Shown one piece after another: positions 35,214-49,400 of a stretch of 64,000 nt of DNA. The position numbers and the translations under genes were made by a program. The notes beneath the pieces were generated by a model. The model saw only the letters and a program-made list of their open reading frames with translations, did no database searches and was not told where the DNA came from. The DNA comes from Lingula anatina (lineage: Eukaryota > Animalia > Brachiopoda). The DNA lies in the NCBI GenBank assembly GCA_051362555.1, contig CM120645.1:11408001-11472000 (forward strand), given 5' to 3'. The stretch's first letter is position 1. Each line of letters begins with the position of its first letter.

Positions 35214-37041
35214 CAGCGTTTGACACTCGCACTCGCCAGCTCGCCAATGCGAGTTAAAATTAAATCTGGCGAGTGAAAATGATGGTGCAAGTCGCCATTT
35301 TGGCGATTTATGTCAACTTACTGTATCAAGTTTATCGGCAAAATTTAGACTCAATTTAAGTCCGACTCGTATGCCAAAAATTACAGGGAAGTTCATGGGA
35401 TTACCCTTACTGCTAACATCGTTTTCACTCTCATAATCGTGATTGCTTGAAAGTGGGGAATTCCGTAATGACGTATTCACAGTCTCGCTGTCGTTTTTGA
35501 AAGCATCTAGCCTTCGTTTGCGCGCCGGATTTTGACGAAGTATAGGAAATGCTGTCTGTTTCGTTTCACTTGCGTCTTGCGATTTTGCGCAGTTGACGCT
35601 TCCGGGAGAAAACGTGATGCACGTGGATTATCAAGCTGCATGGAAAAGTTTTTAAAAATTTCAAAACGCCAAGTAGAAGAGACTGAGAGTGAGAGCGTCG
35701 CAGAATCGGCTTCAACTTCAAGTGGTAAGTAAACAAAATCAAAGCAGAAACGAACTAATAGTCTGAGCTCTTTGACCCAACGCATGTTTTTGACGTTTTC
35801 TGATTTTTTTTCCTGAGCGGAACAAAAAAAGAAAAAAGGGGGGGGGGGGGAGGGGGTTAAATGCGTGCGACGTGCAACGTGTGTAGGGTAAGAGAAATTG
35901 AATTACATAGCGCACGCTATTACAGTACAGTGCAATACTATACAAATAATACAAAATAATGAATTTTATTTCAACTCGGATACAACTGAATCTTTTAACA
36001 ATCTCGTTAGGTTTTCAGCAGTTCACCGACTGCATCTCCGTCAGTGCGACTTACGGAGTTCACCCTGAATATCACAAGTTCTCTAATAATGATAGTGCTT
36101 AATTTAACCTCATTTTGATATTTATTTTGAAACGAGTATTTCTTTATATATATTTATTAAGACCCCATATCTGAACGGTCTACTTGTTTGGCCCAATTGT
36201 TGATTTTAACGTTGTTAAATGTTTAGCTCTTTATCACATGTACCAGTAATTGATTATGTCTGACTCGGTGATTGTGTTGGCAGTCTTTAATAAACTTGAC
36301 ACTTAAAAATTGCAGGTACCAAACCAAAAACACCAAGAATTGAAAAAAGGGATGCAGTGACAGTGATGAGGGGTTTGATGACAGTTATAGTGATTCAGAT
36401 GAAGACAATGAAATGACTGAGAAGGATGTGGAGCAGTTTTTAAGACAAAATTGATCTTTATACTGACTTTTATCTCTTCATCGGTATCAGGACAATTTCA
36501 CCCCGGCCGATTCCCCCCAAAGAATATACATTTATGTACAAATATATAGGAAAGAGCATGAAGCTTAAATCCTTGCATCTATTGTATGAATATTTCTTGG
36601 TGTGATGATGCAACTTAAAGATACAAAATATAAATTTCATTAAACAAATTATGTTCACGGAGTACAAGTTCAGAAAATTTTAGAAATATATGTACAGAAA
36701 ATTTTATTTAAAATCTAATCAAAGTATCTCTAGGTAAAGTGGGGTAAATAAATATGCATATAGTTTATGTTTAATTTAGATTAGAATGTGCGAAATCTGT
36801 AGACTAAAGAATAAACACAGTTCTAGGTTTAAAAAAGGTTTTAAATTTTTTTTCTTTATTTGCTTATGATAACATCTCCATCATGAGTCATTACCACATG
36901 GCCTGCACTTTGAATATTTGGCCAGTAACTTCGTAATAAAGCTGGCCAAAGTCTGGCTTGTGCATTTTCGGTTTGGCCAGTAACTTTCAGAGCACACTGG
37001 CCAAATTGGCCTGTACTATTTCAAACGAAGGTCAAACACTG
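35214..37041 (+). mobile_element. Internally deleted hAT-like DNA transposon
   Basis: TIRs CAGCGTTTGAC ... GTCAAACACTG, subterminal ctcgcc / tggcc repeats, partial TSD (atgtaa on both sides). Residual spliced ORF MEKFLKISKRQ..SSG|gt..ag|TKPKTPRIEKR is joined out of frame to an acidic tail DSDEGFDDSYSDSDED..FLRQN*. Confidence 0.7.
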
Positions 37042-37047
37042 ATGTAA

Positions 37048-37210
37048 GGGTTCATTTACAGTGAAACTATTGGTCAATCCAACTCTGCAGGGACTCTTGC
37101 TGAATATAATCAGATTAATAGAGAGAAGGCATGTTTAACTGGTTGCATTTAGCGAGAGTCCCACAGTTTGACTGATCTACCTAGGCCAATAGTTTCATTG
37201 AAAATGGGCC
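37048..37210. mobile_element. Palindromic MITE, family 1 copy (shortened)
   Basis: gggttcatttacagtgaaactattgg ... ccaatagtttcattgaaaatgggcc; shares tccaactctgcagggactcttgctgaat with the 34580 copy. Confidence 0.65.
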
Positions 37211-40200
37211 ATGATATTCAGTTTATCAGCAACAGTTTGCTTGTAGTAGCTAGTCTTACTACTGGATATGTACTGTATCATTGCACAAAACCCTTCATTT
37301 CAAACGGAAACCCGTGCCAGAGGCTACTGCAGCCTTTAGTGAGCTATGTATAGAAAGTCTGATGCCCCTCTACAAAACAGTAATCACCTAAACCCAAAAA
37401 CCCTGTGCCACTTTAAACCCTGTGCCCCCCCCTTCTACCATAAACCCCATAGCCATTAATGCCTTCAACTTCAATCCCCTTCATGTGTCTCTCTCTTCCC
37501 GAAGCTCCCTTAATGCCTCATCCCACTTTAACCCCCCTCCCCCCACACACTCTTCTTTTATGCCTTCTCCCCTTTCCCTGATATCCCTCTCTCATAAAAA
37601 GCAGATAATTTAATGGGTGACTGACTTCAACACCCCCTCACCACCTGATCGCCGTAATCAGAAGACAACATTGATTTTCTTTCCTTCAGAATATATGAGC
37701 AGACAATTTACTGGTGACTGCACGGATGTGTGTATTAGTCATTCTTGGCATTTGACGGTTCCTAGCAAATACCCAAGGCTAAGATCTTGAGTTGGACTGA
37801 TTGATTCCGTGATATAAATAATATAATACAGCTTTCTGGAGCACAGGAATCAATCCTGTAATATACTAGTACAGACATATGACATTACCATGAAATGACT
37901 TTACTTGACTCATGCAATCATCATTAGTATGTCCATTAAAGACTGTCCAATTTCATTCTGCATTATCCATTGATCTGTTTATCTATTCACTTATTTCATT
38001 ATCTTTCCATCTATAATCTTTTTATTAATTTATCTATTTATAATTGTTTATTTATATTTTATTCATTTATCCAAGTGGAAGTATTTATTTCAGTTTCATC
38101 TATCTTCTATATCTGCTGACCGTAACAATGCTTCTCTTTTTTTTTTTTTTTTGCTGATTTGCGTGACAGCCATCTTAAAATACCAGCTGTAAAAAATCTT
38201 ACTAAGTAATGGGATGGGATTGAAACATAATTCCTGAGTAAACCCTGAAGAGCATTCTTGTATAAATACTGCACTATAACTGAAGACATGCTCAAATCGA
38301 TCCTTCCAGTCACATTCAAGTATTGCAAGATCGTCTGCCATCGTCTGCCAGATTTGCATTGATCAGATGTCGTAATTACACTGAAATTTCACACAGCTCT
38401 GTCACTCGCACAATTCATTTTCCTTCTTAAGATTAATCTTTTTTCACTACCCACAAACACATCCTTTCTGACAACAACCCTTCTAAAGTTTTTAATCATC
38501 TCTTCCAGATTTTTCGTACAAGATATTGCTTTGGAGGTTAAAATTGATCAACTTTGTTTAAATTTAGTGAACATTTACCAGTACCATAATGCAATAACTA
38601 TAACACATTAGCACCTACATTAATTGATTCCTAAAAGCCATAACCTGTTATATAATCTAACTTGTTTTCTGCTAGATAATACCACTTACACGTGTGGGTT
38701 AAGTTTGCTCATGCCTTTTAAGTACCTGGTAATTAAGCTGATAATAATTGATCCCTTTCACTGTTTATTTAATCTTCTGACTTGTTGACAAAGTGTATTG
38801 AGTTATGTAGAACATGGCTTTTACTGACACAAAAATATTCAAATGATTTTCTTTCTTAAGAGTGAATGTAAAATATTGAATGCCTCTGTGCTGTTTCGCT
38901 AATAAGCTGATTTAACAAATAGTTCAAGTGCTAAAATTGTATTAAAAAAAGAGACTGAGATAAGAGATTACAGAAAAGAGTGATACAATTTTCTGGCTCA
39001 TTCTCCAAAGAAAAGCTCTGAGCATGATTATACTTCTCCCTCCCCCCCCCCCAAAAAAAAAAAAAAAAGACATGTCTAAAATTAATTTTACAGTTCAATT
39101 AAGGGGGGAAAAGGGGAGTGATAGAGGGGGGACTTTATGAGTCATGCACATATTACTGCAACATTGGACTCAAAAAACATAATATATCTTAAAATTACAA
39201 TATATGATGGAAGTATTGATCCAGGCATTTACTGAGGATTCTCAGTTGCAAGTAAATTGCTTTGTGTATTTATGATTTCTATGTGAAGACAGTTTTAAAA
39301 AGATTTTGCTGATGTGGATATAGCTACTGTTGCAACAGAGACTTCATCCCCCCCCCCCCCCAGTCCCCCCCCTACACACAAGTAACAATCTGTTTGATGA
39401 TGCTTTTACTTTAGTGGATCCAGTGGTACAAAGGGTTCATTACTTTTTAGAAAATGAGTCCTAGTACTTGTACTAGAATGCATGTAAACTAACACCAACC
39501 CTTGACTTGCACGCAAGCAATAACGTGGTATTTTCCTCATGTCATTTGTCACATGCTAACCTTGTCCTAAGTCATTTGCCAGATAGTACATGCTTTCTCT
39601 CCTAGGGCTTTAGAAGCAAATCTTCCCATTTTCTAGACTTACATTTGTAACCCTTCAGCACTTTCCTTGCTGTCTGATTAGAGATCACTGTTGATAGAAA
39701 ATCTTTCCAAAGGATAAGCTATAGTATAAGGACAAAGCCTTCACAATGGTGTCAAAAAGGATTGTTTTCTTGGAAACAAGTCAAGAATTAGCGATCTGGC
39801 TGTCTCTGATTACAAAGACAACTGGCATTCGTAAGCTGTTTTGAATATTATTTTGATGAAGTAAAGATTATAAGAATTTGATACAAAGCATCAGTTGTCT
39901 GCCACTGAAGGTAAAGATTTCATATAAAAGACACAGAATGGGAGGAACCTTAATGCAATAGACGTAGCAGACAGACATATCTGAAAAAAAATCCAGCTAC
40001 CTGAGGGCATCATAATATTTAATATTATTCCTTCAAGTAGCTGGATTTTAATAATGAACTAAGATAATATTTACCTTAGTTTGGGAACAGACGCATTTCT
40101 TTATAAATGCAAAGAATTTAAATTATACAATTAATAACAGTGATTCCGCCCAGTCCCTTCCATTTTGGATCTTATATAGCTAGCAATTAAAATTGTCTGC

Positions 40201-40827
40201 TACTATACAGTACCATGCATGGCAAGAAATATGAATTAATTCAACCCCCGGGTTCATTCTTCCATGTAATAATGCTACTAGTACATGTATCCTTCTCAGC
40301 ACAGGCCAGTTAAGACCTAGACCATTTCAAACCCGAACATGTGGTCTCACTGTAACCATATGCTCTTATCGTGCCTGTCTGCTGTTATTCGAAAAGGAGC
40401 TCCTCCACTGTTATTCGAAAAGGAGCTCTTTCTTATATGGATAATGACTACAGATCCTGTTCATCAGCATAAAAAATCTATGACTAAAGACATACCAGGA
40501 AGTGCTGCCTTCAGGAAAAAATATATTTAACATACAATACGACCCTAAAATGAGTTCCCTAAGGTTCCATAACAATGGTCCGGGAAGACTGATTTCATGT
40601 ACTAGTACTAGTACTAGAGGAGAGACTCAACACTGAAGCTCAATGATCAGATTACAAGACATCAGAGATCAGATAAGAAGTGTTTTTTTTTACTGAGCCA
40701 CAATGCAATGAATCACAGTGCCTTACAGCAGCATGTTTACTAGTAACTATATGTCACTAACTTGACAGGACGTACATATATATCTGGCTGCCCAATATAG
40801 ATCCACATATAAAATTTTGGCCATAGC

Positions 40828-41023
40828 CAGGGGTTTTTCTCAGGATTTGGGCTGCAGGGAGTTCAAAATGTGAATCTTTAACTTGGTCATCGATTTACAG
40901 TGAGTCTGATCCTGGCTATCAATTGCAACCAACCCCAAAATTTTGTGTGCCATCCAGTCATCTTTGGAAATATAAGCTGTCATTTGAGACTAATGGTTGT
41001 CCAAATGACAACTGGACAGTGCT

Positions 41024-41064
<41 letters not shown>

Positions 41065-41078
41065 GGGTGAAAGCCATG
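40828..41078. mobile_element. hAT-type MITE containing a poly-G tract
   Basis: CAGGGGTTTTTC ... GAAAGCCATG termini; flanking 8-mers gccatagc / gtcctagc match at 6 of 8 positions. Confidence 0.5.
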
Positions 41079-41407
41079 GTCCTAGCTATACTTATTAGTA
41101 TCAATTACAGATATACAGGTGCACCTTAAAAAGACCCTGACATGAAATCAGTTTCACTCTCTTTCACAAGTTCACTTCCTGCTTTTTAGTCTATATTATA
41201 TAATATCATTATGCGGTGTTGAGCATGGAGATCCTTTGAAATGACTGTCCTATGTAATAGGCAGGCTATTAAGTTTTGTCATTCTCTCCAAATGAACCTT
41301 TCCAGACTGCTTCATGTATTATTATCACACTACTTACTATCACACTCCGTGTGAAATAAGACATATCCTCATATCCTCCTACTCTCCCCCTTAAGACGGC
41401 CATCTTA

Positions 41408-41696
41408 GAGGGCATTCAGAACTAGTTGATCTGCCAATTAACAGATCCGTGGACTAAATATGGATGACTCACTTAAAAGCAGGGCCAACTAATCCCCTGT
41501 TGGTCTCCCCACCTCCACACATGCCATCGCTGCAGGGGCCTTGTAATTAAACCTCGAAGACAAGATTTTATCTGCTTAACAGTATGTGAAGGCAGGGAGA
41601 CCATCAGGGGATTCAGCAGTGCTGTTTTTAAGTGGGATCACCCATATTTAGTTGGTGGATATGTTAGTCTGCAGATCATCTGCTCTGAATGCGCTC
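41408..41696. mobile_element. Palindromic MITE with TTA TSD (Harbinger-like)
   Basis: tta|gagggcattcagaac ... gctctgaatgcgctc|tta; internal arms pair (aatcccctgttggtctccc / gggagaccatcaggggatt). Confidence 0.7.
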
Positions 41697-44600
41697 TTAT
41701 ATAATAGGCAGGTTAAATCAAGTTGACATTTTCTTATACTAGTACTTAGCCTTGACCAGACAGCATTAGGCATTATTGACATGCACCATGTGAAAAGGGA
41801 CACAGATTCTCATCCCCCCCCCCTCCCTTCCTTAGACAGCAAGAAAATAGGTCATCATTCATAAACAAATAAACAAATATAAATGTCCTATCTGGTGGTT
41901 GAACCAGGTTCACTACTCCCTGATAAAGCATGACCTCACTCAAGTTAGGGGCCAACTGGGTTACACTATCTACTATATGACCCAACTACTCCATATATAG
42001 ACATAATTGAAAATGTTGATATTACAGCTTCACTCACGCCATGCTGCCAGTGGTTGCATTTCCCTGTGATATTGTGCTAAATAATCTTACTTAAATATTT
42101 ATATTTTTACCAAATTATTTTTAAAATAACAAATCACATCAGTAAATCAGTTTTTAAACCTAAGTGAATGTATGCCATAATTTTCAGTTGCTGGTGATAT
42201 TACAGACCTAATAATTATTTGTTGTCTGAGTGCGGTAAATTTATAACCATACAATCTAACACATCTGTTGAGTTAAAATACAAAACTCCTGACATGGTCT
42301 CCTATCCTTTACATAAACTCCATTGCTGTTTTTTTTTTCCTATAGTTTTTTTCTTTTTCATCTTTCTTGTTTTGTAATTTTTAATTTTTACATCAGTTTA
42401 CGAGTACACATCAAACATTCTTCCACGTGGTACAATTATTCTGACAGGACAATTATTAATTTTCGAAGATTTTTCCACACAGTACAATTATTTGGACAGA
42501 ACAATTATTTGGAACTTCAGAGTAAATTTAACTGTATATATAACATGCAATTCAACCATCCTAGATAGTATTTCTTAACTTGGAAAAATACATTATACAT
42601 ATGAAACAAAATGCAGACATAATCATCAAGCTAGCATCAAAAACATATGCTTCGTGTAAAGACCATACAGCCTCTACATCTCCATGGTGTCATATTTGAA
42701 ACATCTCTCACTTTCTAACAGCAGTAATCATAACAGTTAACATTTAAGACTTAAATCACTTTACTGTCAAAACAAAATATATGTTGAACTAGAAAAAAAG
42801 TATGCCCCATAATATGTTAGCCACCTGGTTTATGAACTATTAACAGAATAAAATAATAATCAGCCAGGTTTATCAAAATAGGGTGCAACCCCGATAGTAG
42901 ATGAATAGCCATTTATCAGTTAGGCTGTATAAATCTAGAGCTAAATGCAGATAAAGAACTGTATGCTTCAGAGACATCATTTGTGAATTACTGTTCATTT
43001 ATGCTATAATGAGTTGAGGAATATAGTTGACCCCACTGTGAACTTCTGTATAGGACTTCATGTAGTGTGCATGGTATAGGTTTTTAGCTCCATCTTCATC
43101 CATTTTCTGCATTCATTAAATTTTCTATGGGTTGATCAGAAGTGAATATTTGATGTTTAAAAAAAAACTAATCCAAGGATTGAAAAATAAATTAATTAAT
43201 AAAAGTAGAAAATCTCTCCAGTGATGAAAAATGGTCCATAGGTATAACTTGTAATTTTTGGCAAGAAAAAATATACTAGTATATGAATTTTAATGGGGTT
43301 TAAGCAATTTTCAAGTACTTTGTAGCCATCACAATATGAAGTAACTGTTCCAAATCCAGAATCACCATTTAAACTCATTACTTAATAAAGCTTTATCTTC
43401 AATTGGCTATTGGTGACTTATTTTTACATGCAATCCTTGCATCTTTGAACAGGTGTAATACTAGTTATTCCATTGTCTCTCAAAAGTATTTCAAAAGCCT
43501 TTGGATTATAAGAAAATATATGGCCATTACCAAGAAAATGGAAAGACTTCAGATCATAACTTTAAAAATCCCATCTGTGTTCTGTTCACCTTTAAAAAAC
43601 ATCTAATAAATGAATATATATATACTGTATATTAATTAAATATTGCTCACTGACCTCTGTCTCCTCACAAAATATCCAATGGTCTTTCATAAACAATACA
43701 GAATATCCCTCAGATATTTAAAATATCTTGCTGAAGACAATTTTAGTCGATTGTCTGCTCATCACACCAACTTCCCCATGAATCAATACCCAGTAATGGC
43801 TTGAAACTTTCCGCAAGTCCCTTAGCAATTTTTGCTTTTCATAATATTCAAACCACCATTCCATCATCTGTGGTTATGTTGGAATGTGAAATGGGTTGAA
43901 TAATGGAAAGTGCAGAGAACTTCACATCTAGATTTTATTTTCTTGTTTTCATTCCTTTTTCTTTCCTTCATTATTTCTATTCTATTTATTACTATTTTTT
44001 TTTTTTTTGGGGGGGGGGGGCATTTCAGTTGTGTTTAACCAGGAATAACAATAAGCCAAGGAGACGTTAACCCCCCTCCCCCCCCCCCCTTTGCTCACAT
44101 CATAATTTTGGATGACCTGTTTCAAAACCCTGGCTTAACCTGAGGTTTCCTGAAATTACGGGTTTAGACAGGATTTTGCAGTATTTGAAATGTACTAAAT
44201 AAAAAAAATGAAAGATATCATTTTGAAGATGATGTACAAATGATAAGAGATTGACCCAGGGCATTACTTCTAATCTTCGCATGAAGTTAAGAAGAAAGGG
44301 GAAATCTCCTACAGTCTTTATCGCAAGTACTAAGATACACATCACATGTTAAAATCTTTACTAAGTGCAGACAAATATAATTTAGAAAGCAGTTTCACAT
44401 CTGATTCAGTCTTGGCTATGTAAATATACTCCTGAAGGGGATGAAAAAGATGTTTTTGTATATGTCAGACTCAGTCTCATGTGATTCTGGAACATTAGCC
44501 CAAAGAACAAGGGACTTAAGGACAGAAATAACAGACATGGCCTTGCTCAGACAACATTGATTTTTTCCTCAAATTTACATACTAGTAAGTACAGACTAAA

Positions 44601-46189
44601 ATGTTTTATCAGATGACTAGACTAATGCTGTGACTTCTGAGGCCTCCTTCCCAAAAAGTTAAGACCAGGCTATTCTGTAAAGTTAATTTCTATAACCTGA
44701 CCCAGATTTCTGGTCATTCAGCAAACACCTTTTGGGCCGTTTTCCAGTCCAAAACAGCACTGGTGTGAATGCATGCTGTGTATAAAAACCAAATTTAAAG
44801 TAGGCCACTGCAGTCTTATAGTCTAATACCACAGAGATCAGATATATGTACTGTTACACAGCATAAGCAATGTTCTTGTCCTTTGTTTTTTATTAATAAA
44901 TTCCCCAGATCATGCACATTCATCATTAACTCTACAGTGGCTAAGGGATTTGAGGTGGGATTTGGTAGAGATTACACATATCACACTGATATCAGTTGCA
45001 CAGGGAATCTGGTTTTACATTTAATCATATTGTAGATGTCCTATTTTTATTATTCTTTACATTTTATAACTGACAGCAGTCTGGCACAGGCATACATATA
45101 CATTTAAAATACAATGAAACTGGGTTTATCAATCAATACTGTTCACATCATAGTCTATATATATGAATTTTGCCTCAGAATATATGACTCCAATACAATA
45201 GAAAATTCAAATCATGCTGTCTTTTATATTACTCATATTTATTGTGATTGGTCTAGATGTTGTATCAATACAAAAGTCTTTGATCCCATCAAAAGAAGAA
45301 CATACAAGTACTAGAATAAAGTTCACATGTATAGCTTTCATTCTAAACAGGTACTAGTATGTATATCCCCCTCCCTGCCTTTCCCCCGGTTACTGTCAAA
45401 GCATGGCTAGGAAATGTAAGCTGAGAACTGAAACAAGACAAAAAAATTGCAAGAGTCTAGGTATTTTACAGTATCTTCAGTGGTTTGATATTCTACATAG
45501 AATTATAACTACAAACTGATATCTGAGTTTCAGAGATAAGTTTCAAAGCTTGCAGTACACCATATAAACAGGAAAAAAAAAAATATATATATATATATAA
45601 GAAAACGATACTATCATTAGTTTCTCACTTAAGCTATGAGTAAATAAGTAACAGACATGATTTTCAGTTGTAAGAAAAAAAGAGGGAAGAGTTGGCCCAA
45701 TGTCCTTATGGTCTGGCTCTGGCAGCCCAGATCAAAGTTTAAAAAAAAAAACGGATATCTGAAGTAAAAGACGGGAAGTCTAAAGAGGAAATAAAATGGT
45801 CTCACCTCATAGTAACCTGATACATCATTGTCTCCGGAGAAAACCAAATAAGGGTAATGTCACAAGCAATGACAGTAACTGAGCCTGACGACAATGAACT
45901 ATTTCACCGTGATCACAACGATACTTTCCTCAAGGCCTTAGTTTATTGCAGCCCTCTCTATCAGAGCTACTGACCACAAAACGTTGGCCTGAAAACAGCT
46001 CTTAAGGTCAATTAGTCCCTCAGAATAAAAGACACAAAGCTCGTCAAGCCCGAGTGAGTCACTCTCAGTCACTCGCAAGATGAATATCGTTCAGAATCAA
46101 ACACATTGCTCGTAAACAATCTAAGTTCACAACTTTTTTGCAGTCGATTTAAAGTTAGAAGAATATTGGCAATTAACCAGATAACTTAC

Positions 46190-46444
46190 CTCCCGAAACT
46201 GCGATATACAGAGAGTGAATATCCAAAACCCGAGAATAAGGAAGTGGAGGTTGTGAACAAAAACTTAGTTAAAACACGGGTTTACACTTTCACCAAATCG
46301 CGGAAGTGACTCGCTCTGAGTCACACGAGATTGGGCATGCGCAGACGGTTGAACTATTTTCTGTTCTCCTCTTAAAGAAGCACTGAAACACATGCTTGCT
46401 CCACATGCTAAGAAAATTATTTTGTTGTGATAGTTCTCAGAGCA
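46190..46444. promoter_or_regulatory. Putative bidirectional promoter PAK (minus) / RRP9 (plus), including the probable PAK non-coding first exon
   Basis: Minus-strand donor GAG|gtaagt at ~46190; CGGAAGTG (ETS), TGAGTCA (AP-1), ATTGG (CCAAT) and GCATGCGCA (NRF1-like) clustered at ~46300-46345; RRP9 ATG at 46445. Confidence 0.6.
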
Positions 46445-49400
46445 ATGTCTTTTTTCATAAGAAGCGGTAGAGGCAGAGGAGGCTCTGCTAAGGGGTTGAA
46501 ACGCAAGGTATGAGTTTGAACTGAAGGGGAAAAAGGGTATTTCTTAACACTTTTTACAACTTGAGTACTCAGAATTAAAAGAAACCGTTCTTGCGTTCAG
46601 CAAGATGCAGATGGAAATAACTTTAAGGAAACATAGAATGATTTATTGTCCTGCGTTTGAGCTAATCAGCGGCGAATAGAAAGCATATTTATGCAAAGAA
46701 ATGTCCTAACCTGGACACGGGTCCAATACATTGGTCGGGACATTAATTATGAAAAATGAGTAATTACTTTAAAATTATTAACCCCCACCCCTTTCCCCAA
46801 TCTTCAAGGATGAGGGGTCCACATTTTTTGTTAAGATTTTGAATTATTGTACTAGTTGTAAATCCTTTAGATTTAGCATATTCAAAAATTGCACTTATGA
46901 ACTAACTTCCTATTTTGAATTTACAGATTGACAAAAGTAGTAAGCCACAGAAAAATGGTACAACAATACCAAACAAGAAGAAAATAAAAACAAAGTTTCA
47001 GTCAGGAGGAGATGAGGAAATCCCCAGTGACTCAGATGAAATAAATAGGTTTGCAATCTTAAGATGTTATGAATAAAATAACAGACATAAGTCTTGTTTT
47101 AAAAACCAATGTTTGACTATATTTTGACCCAGTGCAGTAGACTGAAATGAAATTTAATAGTTTATCTTAATCATTATAAAGAAATACCCTGCCTAAGTTT
47201 TAGATATGTAGTTTGTTATCTCAGAGGACCAGTACTGACTTAATTAAGTCTTTGTCTTTAAGATTAGATCAGCTTTTGTTCGAGTATAGTTTATGTTATA
47301 CTTAAGCCTTAATTTAAAAGCAATATTTATTCTAAAGGTCTGTTAAATCATCCCAATGTATGCATAATTGGAGTTAGGTATTTACACTTAACACATTTCA
47401 GCAGGGAATGGTTGTTAAAATTAGCACAAATTACTTCTAGACTTTTAACTGGTTTTCAGTGAAGAAGAAACTTATACTAAAGGAAAATCCCATCAGTACA
47501 GCACAGATGAGGAAGAGGAAGAAGAGACTGCTCAAGAGAAAAAATTACGGCTTACCAAGCAGTATTTAGCTCAGCTGGAAGCAGAAGGTGAGAAGTTATA
47601 TGAATTGATAATAATTTCTTCTGTATAGGATATATTTTCTCTAAATGTTGTTTAAGGCTCAAATCAGTGTGGCTGAATAGAATTTCTGAATTACCCTAAA
47701 GAATTACACTTCAAATTTCATTAAGATGGCAGAAAATAAGCTGAACAAAATTCATTTAATTTGATAATATTGTATGTAGCTCATTTTTTTTGCACCACAT
47801 AATTCCTGCTGTTTTTGTCTCTTCAGAGGCAGAAAAAACAGACGATGAGGAAGGTCATGATTTAGTAGGAGAGAGACTCAAAACAGACATAGTAAGTCTG
47901 GCAGTGTGCCTTTCATACTTTGCCATTAACAGCAGTAAAACATTTATCTGATTATTTGGCCATTACTTTGTCTCAGTAAAAGTAACTGCCTTTTTTGTAT
48001 TGACAAAAAAGCATAACATAAAAATTGTTATACATCAATCTATTTTCATTTGGATTATTGTAATAGAATTACTGGTATTTTAGGAAGCATTCATTAGCAC
48101 TAGGAGCACACATATTTTTCCCTCTTCTCTGATCCTGTTGTTACAATAACTATACTTTTGATCTGTTCATGATTTTCAGAGCAGGTGCTAGTTGTGAGTT
48201 ATAATATTGGTTCATTAATGTGTTATTCATTTTTACAGTTAGAGCAGGCAGGAAAACTACAGAGAAAATTGGCAGATGAGGTGAGTTTTTTTTTTTCCAC
48301 AGGAATCATGTTTAATGGTAGAAAGTCTACTTGTGTTCATTCAAGTTTATTTAAAATATATTGGTTAACATTAATGTTTTATCCTGTCCAATATCTGTGC
48401 ATATAGGTGTTTGGGTGTTGTAGTTCTCTCTGATGTGAATGCATTCAGGACAACATGATGTAATCAATATCCCTTACTTCCTAAACATATTTTCAGTTTT
48501 ATGTCACTAACATATATTGCTACCAGTCATACAAGTCTTTCTTTATGTGGGTGAAAAAGTATCTGGTTATGTAATGTTCAGATATCCAGTCACGTCATTT
48601 ACATTTTTAGTTCTCCATGCTCCAAAAAGATCAAGTCAATACCATAATTTCACCATAACATTCCATATAGTATATCCAGCCTTCCTCAAATGACATCACC
48701 TTGTTAAAAGGACAACATTAAGCTGTCACCTAATTATCAATATACTATACTATGTTATATTCCAGTATGTCCAACCATCACCAGATGACATCACATTGTT
48801 AAGAGGACACCAGTTAGCTGTCACCTGTCTAGTCATCACACCTGATGAGAAACACGTCTTCAGTGGCTCTAAAGATTGTTCTATTGTGAAATGTTAGTGC
48901 AGCAAGATAAAATTAACTTTCTGCAAACTGAAAAAGATAAATCAGATATTGGAAAATGTCGGTTTCTTAAAGTAGAAATTGTTTTCTTTACTGAAGATAT
49001 TATCACTGTGGTCCTTTTTTTCATTAAAAAGCATGTTATAGATCTCTTTAAACTGTTTAGCTTTGATGAAGAACGAAATTAATGCTGATTATTCCTGTAT
49101 ACTTATTCAGAGATTGGACTCTAGGAAAAAACATGATTCTGAAAAAACAGAGAGATTGGACTGTAGGAAAAATATGATTCTGAAAGACCAAATTTGGGTT
49201 GATAATTTCTCATTATATATAATTTCAGGGAATTTGGAGTCTAAGAAGAAGGTTCACACTATCCATGGTGGTCGTAAGGGGACAGAGGACAGACATGTGG
49301 GTCACACGTCACATGTCTTATGTCTGGCTGTGTCATCTGATGGAACATTCCTGGTATGTCTGTCTGTCTGTTGAACTGACTATTCCAGTTATGCATAATG

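Noticed and set aside
49060-49090. tgatgaagaacg resembling 5.8S rRNA or a C/D box snoRNA in an RRP9 intron
   Set aside because: Match is only about 11 nt, the C-to-D spacing is too short and there is no terminal stem.
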